DNA from: a virus
Taxonomy: Duplodnaviria > Caudoviricetes
Virus record (IMG/VR): IMGVR_UViG_3300038797_000015
Coordinates: 1-31,336 of that record
Strand: one strand, 5' to 3'
Length of the DNA stretch: 31,336 nucleotides
In this document: one piece after another, positions 24,969 through 31,336 of the stretch
Numbering within the stretch: position 1 is the stretch's first letter
Layout: every line of letters begins with the position of its first letter
The notes under the pieces: generated by a model
Databases searched by the model: none
Told to the model about the DNA's origin: nothing
What the model saw: only the letters and a program-made list of their open reading frames with translations
Position numbers and translations under genes: made by a program

Positions 24969-25370
24969 ATGACCCACAACTGCGCGTACGTACGGCAGCA
25001 CTATCAGGTGCCAGCGGAACTCGGCCGCAGCGTCATTGCCTACGGGAAGCCCGGCGTCATCATGGCTGATCGCGGCCATTACATCGGCGTGGTGCTGGAC
25101 GAAGACCCGAAGAAGCGAATCAGAAACTACCACCCTACGCACGAAATGCAGTACGGCGAGATGGCCGAAACGCTGCCGCTCAAAGAGTGGCTGGTCCTAC
25201 CGTTCAAGCATGAATGGGATGATCTCAGCTGGAGTCGAGAAGCCCGAGAGGACTTGGTAAGGGTTTGGGCAGCAACCCGAGGCCAGGCCAAGTACAAGGC
25301 CTATGAACGGCTTCAAGATTACTGCCACAGCATCAAGGCGATGCGGCATTTCAAAGTCCGACGCGCCTGA
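24969..25370 (+). CDS. Hypothetical phage protein
   Basis: GGAG RBS; YVRQHYQVPA..G...YHPT motif. Confidence 0.8.
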   Translation: MTHNCAYVRQHYQVPAELGRSVIAYGKPGVIMADRGHYIGVVLDEDPKKRIRNYHPTHEMQYGEMAETLPLKEWLVLPFKHEWDDLSWSREAREDLVRVWAATRGQAKYKAYERLQDYCHSIKAMRHFKVRRA

Positions 25371-25381
25371 CCCGCCCAAAC

Positions 25382-25882
25382 CTATTGCGCTGAAGGTTTG
25401 AGTTTCTTAATCCATTGGCTGATGAAGTTTTCTACGCATTTGCGCTGCGCCAACTCAATGAGCGCGCCCTCAAGCCATTCAGACTTAGGAAGAGCCTTTG
25501 AAATGTATTCGGTTCTGTCATGCTCCGACGACTCTTCAATGAGAAAAAATAGGTCTCTCTGCAGCTCGCTCCATGCAGACTGAACTTCTTTCAGATCGAG
25601 TTCGGTGAACAGCAGCTGGAGGCGAACTATATCCTGCGCCAGCTCGTATCGAGCTATTGGCCAGCTAGTATCGAGCGATTTCTTTTCATGCTGAGTCAAA
25701 CCGTGGAGTTGATACTCGCCATGTACCTCACTAAGGAGGAACCTAGTAATGAGATTCGCTCGTAACAACGCACCGCTGGTTTTCTCGTAGCGCTCCAACC
25801 AAAGTTTTTCTTGCTTTGTTTTAAAGACCGCGAAATATGCGCCAGCTGCGGCAACCAAAATAGTAAGTAAAAACGAAGACAT
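25382..25882 (-). CDS. Moron protein with N-terminal TM anchor
   Basis: GGAGG RBS; AT-richer; antisense to the operon. Confidence 0.75.
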   Translation of the reverse strand: MSSFLLTILVAAAGAYFAVFKTKQEKLWLERYEKTSGALLRANLITRFLLSEVHGEYQLHGLTQHEKKSLDTSWPIARYELAQDIVRLQLLFTELDLKEVQSAWSELQRDLFFLIEESSEHDRTEYISKALPKSEWLEGALIELAQRKCVENFISQWIKKLKPSAQ

Positions 25883-25982
25883 CACCCCTCCCTGATCCGG
25901 CCCCATGCCGGGCCGAACACAAATACCCCACTCCTACGAATCACGCCAGCCGGCGAGGCAGGCGTCTGCCTGGAGATTGCTA

Positions 25983-26291
25983 ATGAGCATTCCCGCGAAC
26001 GCTTTAAAAGAAGACGAGCTTTTCCACTACGCCTCCCTGGAGCCTGGCGCCGCAGCCGAGCTGGCTCGCAGGATCGCCGCCGGCGACATAGACCCGAACT
26101 CAGGTCTGGAAGATCTTCGCGAAGACATTCGCATGCTTGAAAGCCAGGCGGATGACGCGGAGGACGAAGCAAATCTGCTTCATACCTACATGTCGGAAGC
26201 CTGTGAATTCATCCGGCGCGCGATGAACCCAGAAGAAAAACAATTTTCAGTTAATGAGCTGCTTCAAAAAGCTCTCGACCGCCTGGAGTGA
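25983..26291 (+). CDS. Hypothetical phage protein
   Basis: GGAG RBS; acidic coiled coil. Confidence 0.75.
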   Translation: MSIPANALKEDELFHYASLEPGAAAELARRIAAGDIDPNSGLEDLREDIRMLESQADDAEDEANLLHTYMSEACEFIRRAMNPEEKQFSVNELLQKALDRLE

Positions 26292-26295
26292 TCCC

Positions 26296-26673
26296 ATGAG
26301 CACATTTGCTGTATTCGGAATGAGTGAAAACTGGGCTCGCGAAGAGGCCAAAGAGCATGCGCCAACCTTCAAGAATGAAAACGGGAGGCGGATCGATCTG
26401 ACCGTCTCAGAGTGGGAGGCGGAAGTGGAATCTCAGATCAAGAAAATCATGGCCGGCAAGAAATGCGTCCGCCTGTCTCCGATGTTCGATGCCCCCCAGT
26501 ACGCCCAGCAGTTCATGGAGATGGCTAGGGCAAGCATTGTTTGCCGCGACCTGAAGATCCGAACGAAGGCAGTGCTGGTCGACGCCAAGAGCAAGCCGAT
26601 CATAAATACCAAAACAGGCGCGCCAAAGGTCGGTTTCGCCGACTGGCATCCGTCTCCAGCTCACGCAGCCTGA
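26296..26673 (+). CDS. Hypothetical phage protein
   Basis: GGAG RBS; MSTFAVFGM...FDAPQYA. Confidence 0.8.
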   Translation: MSTFAVFGMSENWAREEAKEHAPTFKNENGRRIDLTVSEWEAEVESQIKKIMAGKKCVRLSPMFDAPQYAQQFMEMARASIVCRDLKIRTKAVLVDAKSKPIINTKTGAPKVGFADWHPSPAHAA

Positions 26674-26713
26674 TCATCATCCAGCGGCCGGTAATCGCCG
26701 GCGAGTATCCAAT

Positions 26714-27637
26714 ATGACAACAGCAATTGATTTGTTCGCCGGACTCGGCGGATGGAGTACCGGTGCGCGCGACGCGGGTGTAGATGTGCTTTGGGCGGCC
26801 AACCACTGGCCGGCCGCAGTCGAGTGGCACAGCGCCAACCACCCGGACGCAATTCACGTTTGCCAGGATCTGCACCAGGCGGACTGGTCGAAGGTGCCGA
26901 CCCACGACATCATGCTGGCGTCGCCGTGCTGCCAGGGGCATTCGAAGGCCCGCGGCAAAAAGTCGGGCAACAAGCAGCATGACGCATCCCGATCTACAGC
27001 CTGGGCGGTCGTGTCGGCCGCCGAGTTTCATCGACCGGATGTGGTGCTGGTCGAGAATGTCGAAGAGTTTACGGACTGGGAGCTGTACCCGGCCTGGTCG
27101 CACGCCATGAGCGCCTTGGGGTACATGATTGCGCCTCATGTCGTGGACTGTGCTGACCTTGGCGTGCCTCAGCACCGCGTGCGCCTGTTCCTGGTCTGCA
27201 CCCGCAGCAAATCGCCGCTGATGCTCGAGCTGCACCAGCGCCAGCACGTGTCGGCCGCCAGCTTCCTCGACTTCAACGCCGGTCGGTGGTCACCCATTGA
27301 GAAGCCGGGCCGGGCCCAGGCAACTCTCGACCGGGTACGCAACGGGCGTGAGCGCTTCGGCGATCAGTTCATCATGCCCTACTACGGCAAGGGCTCCGGC
27401 CTCACCGGGCGCGATGTCAACCGCCCGATCGGCACCATCACCACGCTCGACCGCTGGGCCCTGGTGCGCGGGGACGAGATGCGGATGCTCTCGGCCAACG
27501 AGGCGCTGGCGGCCATGTCTTTCCCCGCCGACACCAAGCGCCCGGAGAACCACCGGCTGACCATGCACATGGCCGGCAATGCCGTGCCACCTCTGGCCGG
27601 CCAACGAATCATCGAAGCGCTAAAAGCAGCCGCCTAA
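26714..27637 (+). CDS. Orphan C5 cytosine DNA methyltransferase
   Basis: DLFAGLGG (I), SPCCQG (IV), ENV (VI), QHRVR (VIII), GNAV (X). Confidence 0.95.
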   Translation: MTTAIDLFAGLGGWSTGARDAGVDVLWAANHWPAAVEWHSANHPDAIHVCQDLHQADWSKVPTHDIMLASPCCQGHSKARGKKSGNKQHDASRSTAWAVVSAAEFHRPDVVLVENVEEFTDWELYPAWSHAMSALGYMIAPHVVDCADLGVPQHRVRLFLVCTRSKSPLMLELHQRQHVSAASFLDFNAGRWSPIEKPGRAQATLDRVRNGRERFGDQFIMPYYGKGSGLTGRDVNRPIGTITTLDRWALVRGDEMRMLSANEALAAMSFPADTKRPENHRLTMHMAGNAVPPLAGQRIIEALKAAA

Positions 27638-27681
27638 CCCACCCTCCACCGCCCGGGCATGACCCGGCATAGGACGCCCCC

Positions 27682-28179
27682 GTGCCCACAGAAAACATCC
27701 GCACGGTAGTTACCGAATCCCTGATCGGGATGATCGCCGCTGTTACCTCAACGACGCCGCCGGCGAACGAGCCGATGCCGGCGTTCATTCAAGGGCCGAT
27801 TGACCGGGCCGTTGACCGGATCAGTGCGGCGGTTGCGCCTGGTGTGACGCTCAAGGCTGCCCGCGCCAAACGCGTGTACGTGGCCGGGCCGATGACCGGC
27901 CTGAAGGACTTCAACTACCCAGCCTTCAACGCTGCCGCCGACCAGCTGCGCGCCCTGGGCTACCAAGTGGAGAACCCAGCCGACCACGGCATCGTCCCCG
28001 GCGCCGAGTGGGCCGACTACATGGCCTACGACCTGACGCGTCTGGGACTGTGCGGCGTGATCGCCCTTCTGCCTGGATGGGAAAGATCAGAGGGCGCGAA
28101 GCTCGAAGTTCAAATCGGCCACCGCCTCGGCATGACGATCGTGAATGCCCATGATCTGGTAGCGACGGAGTCTCTTTAA
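27682..28179 (+). CDS. DUF4406 / nucleoside deoxyribosyltransferase-like protein
   Basis: YVAGPMTG..FNYPAF, NPA, LPGWERSEGAKLE. Confidence 0.85.
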   Translation: MPTENIRTVVTESLIGMIAAVTSTTPPANEPMPAFIQGPIDRAVDRISAAVAPGVTLKAARAKRVYVAGPMTGLKDFNYPAFNAAADQLRALGYQVENPADHGIVPGAEWADYMAYDLTRLGLCGVIALLPGWERSEGAKLEVQIGHRLGMTIVNAHDLVATESL

Positions 28180-28421
28180 TCTGGCGAGTTTGGCGAGTCT
28201 TGGGGCGGTCGCCCATCAAAGGCGGGCATGGGATCCGTTTGAATACCGGTGAGGATGGATGTCCAAACTTCATATGCTTGCCTGTGACGGGCCACAGCGT
28301 CTTCCCACGTCGGTCCAGAGACTTCGCGTGAAACGACGAGCATCATAAGGTGATTGGTTGCTGCATCAAGATCGAGCAGGAGGTGATGAGCCTTGAAGCG
28401 AAAATCATCAATCGAAGGCAT
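28176..28421 (-). CDS. Small accessory protein
   Basis: 81 aa ORF in an antisense cluster. Confidence 0.6.
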   Translation of the reverse strand: MPSIDDFRFKAHHLLLDLDAATNHLMMLVVSREVSGPTWEDAVARHRQAYEVWTSILTGIQTDPMPAFDGRPPQDSPNSPD

Positions 28422-28508
28422 GATGTCACACTTATTTGAGTGGTGAGGGATCGAGCGCCCGCCCACATGGCATCATTGTGACATTATCTCGAGTTCTTTG
28501 CCTTATGC

Positions 28509-28766
28509 TCAGACCGCCGGCTGCTGTGGCAATTGGCTGTCAATCCAACGCTCAGCGGCAGCGATCGCTTCCGCAAGTGCGCTTTGGTAGTCCGTCCACG
28601 GCCCAGGCAAGTCTGCGACTGTATTAGCGAGCCCCGGTACTTCGCTGTTTTCTAGAACATGAACTGCAAACGGTATCTTGTCATTGGGCTTTTGCCAGTC
28701 GAACTTTAGAAATAGCTGACACCCACGGTATTCGTGTGCAATTGGCGCGCCCTGGCTGTATGGCAT
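28509..28766 (-). CDS. Small accessory protein
   Basis: AGGAG RBS; 85 aa. Confidence 0.75.
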   Translation of the reverse strand: MPYSQGAPIAHEYRGCQLFLKFDWQKPNDKIPFAVHVLENSEVPGLANTVADLPGPWTDYQSALAEAIAAAERWIDSQLPQQPAV

Positions 28767-28858
28767 GATCCTCTCCTGTGGTCAGCCCTGATCCGAAATA
28801 AACCTTTCGCCCCGCTCAAGCGACCACCTCGTTACTTCTCCCCACTTAGGTCAGTCCG

Positions 28859-29158
28859 CTATCCCGAAGAAGCCGCTCGGCGAGTACTTGAACTTCCTGC
28901 GGCAGCCAGCTGACGAGCTCGACCGACACCCCAAGCCAGTGCTCTGGTCATCGATTCGCGTGGGTGTGAGTCATCAGCCTCTTCATACAGAGCCAAGCCA
29001 TCAGGACCATAAACCCCGATGAACATTTGTGTTTCGCCGTTGCGCGATAGCCTGACTTGCACGTCGATGTGAGTCCCATCATTGAGAGTTTCATCGTGTA
29101 TTCGGCTGTGGAGCTCGGGGTCTGCCCACTCCCAGAAGATATCGCCTCGAAGTCTCAT
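28859..29158 (-). CDS. Small accessory protein
   Basis: GGAGG RBS; MRLRGDIFWEWADP. Confidence 0.75.
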   Translation of the reverse strand: MRLRGDIFWEWADPELHSRIHDETLNDGTHIDVQVRLSRNGETQMFIGVYGPDGLALYEEADDSHPRESMTRALAWGVGRARQLAAAGSSSTRRAASSG

Positions 29159-29322
29159 AGGGCCCTCCCGCCCAATCCTGTGATGGTCAGTAGAGACCAA
29201 AATTAAACGCCCGCAAACGAAGTGCAACCGTGTCAAAACGGTTTCTGATAACTGGTCGCAACATCTATACGAAACCGAATTTTATGTACAACTTTCAGCC
29301 GCTATAGCGGCAAGGAATCCGC

Positions 29323-30045
29323 ATGTCTGAGATAAAGGAAAGGCCGATTTTGTTCTCGGCCCCGATGGTGCGCGCCATCCTGGAAGGCCGGAAGACGGTC
29401 ACGCGGCGGCCGGTGAAAGGGCTCAAGACCGATACCCCTGTAGTCGATGCCTTCGACGACTCGCCACTGATCGGCGCCTGCTGGGACATCGGCGGCCCAG
29501 TGATTCGCAGCCCATATGGACTGCCCGGCGACCGACTGTGGGTGCGAGAAGCTTGGCAAGCTGACGACCAGGTCAATTCGATAGCGCCGCGAGACCTGAG
29601 CCATGGCGAGCCGATCCGGTACCCGGCCGATTGGGGCTTCAGGCAGACCGGTTGCGCGATGATCAAGCCAGGGAAAATCCGGCCTTCAATCCACATGCCG
29701 CGCTGGGCCAGCCGCATCCTGCTGGAAATCACCGACGTGCGCGTCGAGCGGTTGCAGGACATCAGCGATGAGCAGGCGCTGGCCGAGGGATGCTTCTTCA
29801 CCGATTACGGCCGCAAGTGCGGACACGGCGGGAAGGGTTGGGCTGATGTCGGTTCATGCCCTGCGCCGGAAGCTTATCACCCTCAGCGAGACGGCTGGAT
29901 GTGGGACAAAACAACCAGTTCAAGCCAGTGCCTTGGCGCGGCGCGCTGGGCGTTCGCCAACCTATGGAACTCGGTGAACGGGCCCGATGCATGGGACGCC
30001 AACCCCTGGGTCTGGGTTATTGAGTTCAAGCAGGTGACACCATGA
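29323..30045 (+). CDS. Conserved phage protein, ASCH/PUA-like
   Basis: RPILFS..MVRAILEGRKT.TRR, GDRLWVRE, PSIHMPRWASRI, NPWVWVIEF. Confidence 0.85.
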   Translation: MSEIKERPILFSAPMVRAILEGRKTVTRRPVKGLKTDTPVVDAFDDSPLIGACWDIGGPVIRSPYGLPGDRLWVREAWQADDQVNSIAPRDLSHGEPIRYPADWGFRQTGCAMIKPGKIRPSIHMPRWASRILLEITDVRVERLQDISDEQALAEGCFFTDYGRKCGHGGKGWADVGSCPAPEAYHPQRDGWMWDKTTSSSQCLGAARWAFANLWNSVNGPDAWDANPWVWVIEFKQVTP

Positions 30046-30290
30046 ACGAAGAAATCGAATCGAGCGCCGAGCAGTTTATTCGGGCGACCGGGCGGTGCTA
30101 TGTCTCTGCCCTTCAGCGGAATTTCAGAATCGACTACTGGGCCGCCAGCGATCTCATGAAAGCTATGGAAAAGCGGCGCGTGGTCACGCCGATGGACTCG
30201 CAAGGTCGTCGGACAGTCATCGAAAAGGCGGTGACCCATGATCGCCCTCGCCTGGTTCGCCTACGTGTACTGCTACAGGGGGGAGCGGTG
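30042..30290 (+). CDS. FtsK-gamma-like winged-helix segment, open in frame into the next gene
   Basis: VSALQRNFRIDY..ASDLM..ME...VV.P.D..G.R.V resembles FtsK gamma; no stop before 30291. Confidence 0.55.
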
Positions 30291-31052
30291 ATGAATCGCA
30301 TTGTGTGTCAATTCAGCTGCGGAGCCGCGTCGGCGGTTGCTACCAAGCTGGCCCTGGCCGAATACAGCTCCACTCACGACGTGCAGATCGTCAATGCCTA
30401 CCTGGCTAATGAGCACCCGGACAACCGCCGGTTCGCCAGTGACTGCGAAGCGTGGTTCGGCCGCCCCGTAACCGTGCTGCGCGACGAGAAATACGGCGCC
30501 GACGCGCAAGAGGTATTCCGTCGCGAGCGGTACATGAAGAACCAATACGGCGCGCCATGCACCAAGCTCCTCAAGCGCAGGCTGCTCGACACATGGAAGC
30601 AGCCGGGAGACGTCATGGTGTTCGGCTTCACCGCTGAGGAGGCCGATCGTCTCGCGGACTTCCGTGAGCGCAACCCTGATCGGCCGGTTATTGCACCGCT
30701 GATTGATCGCGGCCTGGGCAAGGAAGATTGCAAGGCAATGATCGAGCGCGCCGGCATTGAGCTGCCACTGATGTACCGCATGGGCTACGACAACGCAAAC
30801 TGCATCGGCTGCGTGAAGGGTGGCGAGGGTTATTTCCGGGCTATTCGGGAAGACTTTCCGGAGCAATTTGAGGGGCTGTGCCTGATCCAAGACGACTTGG
30901 GCGAAGGCTCCTACCTGTTCCGCAACCGAACTACCAACGTGCGCTTTTCCCTGCGTGACCTCGGCGACGGCCCGGTGCGGCGGAACGAGAAGATCCCTGC
31001 CTGCTCGTTCTTTTGCGAGATGGCCGAAGCCGACATCGCCGACAACGCCTAA
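30291..31052 (+). CDS. PAPS-reductase-like (adenine nucleotide alpha-hydrolase fold) phage protein
   Basis: FSCGAASAV PP-loop-like motif, CT..LK, NANCIGCVKG, CSFFC; GGGAG RBS. Confidence 0.75.
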   Translation: MNRIVCQFSCGAASAVATKLALAEYSSTHDVQIVNAYLANEHPDNRRFASDCEAWFGRPVTVLRDEKYGADAQEVFRRERYMKNQYGAPCTKLLKRRLLDTWKQPGDVMVFGFTAEEADRLADFRERNPDRPVIAPLIDRGLGKEDCKAMIERAGIELPLMYRMGYDNANCIGCVKGGEGYFRAIREDFPEQFEGLCLIQDDLGEGSYLFRNRTTNVRFSLRDLGDGPVRRNEKIPACSFFCEMAEADIADNA

Positions 31053-31102
31053 CCCCTACCCCACACAAGAGCCTGCCGGTGTACGGCGGGCGAGGAATTC
31101 GT

Positions 31103-31336
31103 ATGGCCGATCAAAAACACCACCTGCGCGAAGCCGTCATCGAAGCGATTTCGGATATTGCTCAGCACCTGCCGCTCGACTGCCAGATGTTTGTCATCGC
31201 CTGCCGGCCGGGCAAGACCGACTTTGACCTGGTGCTTCCATCACCTGAGGCCAACCTGAATAACGCGCTCGACGCGCTACGCCGAAACGGCCTGAGCATC
31301 GACGGCGACAACGCCTACAAGCGTGACCTGCTGGAC
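31103..31336 (+). CDS. Hypothetical phage protein (partial)
   Basis: GAGGA RBS; open frame MADQKHHLREAV... to the window end. Confidence 0.7.
   Translation, partial: MADQKHHLREAVIEAISDIAQHLPLDCQMFVIACRPGKTDFDLVLPSPEANLNNALDALRRNGLSIDGDNAYKRDLLD

Larger units (their letters stand above)
129..31336. mobile_element. Lambdoid prophage (Pseudomonas-like), probably truncated at its late end; continues past the right edge
   Basis: Canonical order head genes-holin-Q-nin-replication-cro/cI-early left recombination genes; no integrase or att site in the window. Confidence 0.95.

Noticed and set aside
1-31336. CRISPR array, integrase, att site, IS element
   Set aside because: No regularly spaced repeats, recombinase or transposase motifs seen in the window

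Overview
Almost the whole window is a lambdoid temperate prophage with Pseudomonas-like genes. On the minus strand lie the head/packaging genes (capsid, scaffold, minor capsid, portal, terminases), a holin-like pair, Q, the nin region, DnaC-like loader, O-like initiator, KilA-N protein, two small regulators and cro. On the plus strand lie cI and the long early-left operon (recombination genes, C5 methyltransferase, DUF4406, PAPS-reductase-like gene). The immunity region is intact: three operators each at OR and OL, a probably leaderless cI, and an SOS box. Accessory AT-richer genes include a BstA-like abortive-infection gene with a candidate aba element and a Rip/8xMP-like membrane gene. At the left end a head-completion gene appears cut after codon 66 and fused in frame to a host-like patatin gene, which suggests a deleted, tail-less prophage. 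The main unexplained non-coding signals are tandem structured RNA candidates at 18.3-18.6 kb, a second one at 9.4-9.6 kb, and a dispersed three-copy dyad motif. All protein family calls are from recalled motifs and synteny, not database searches.
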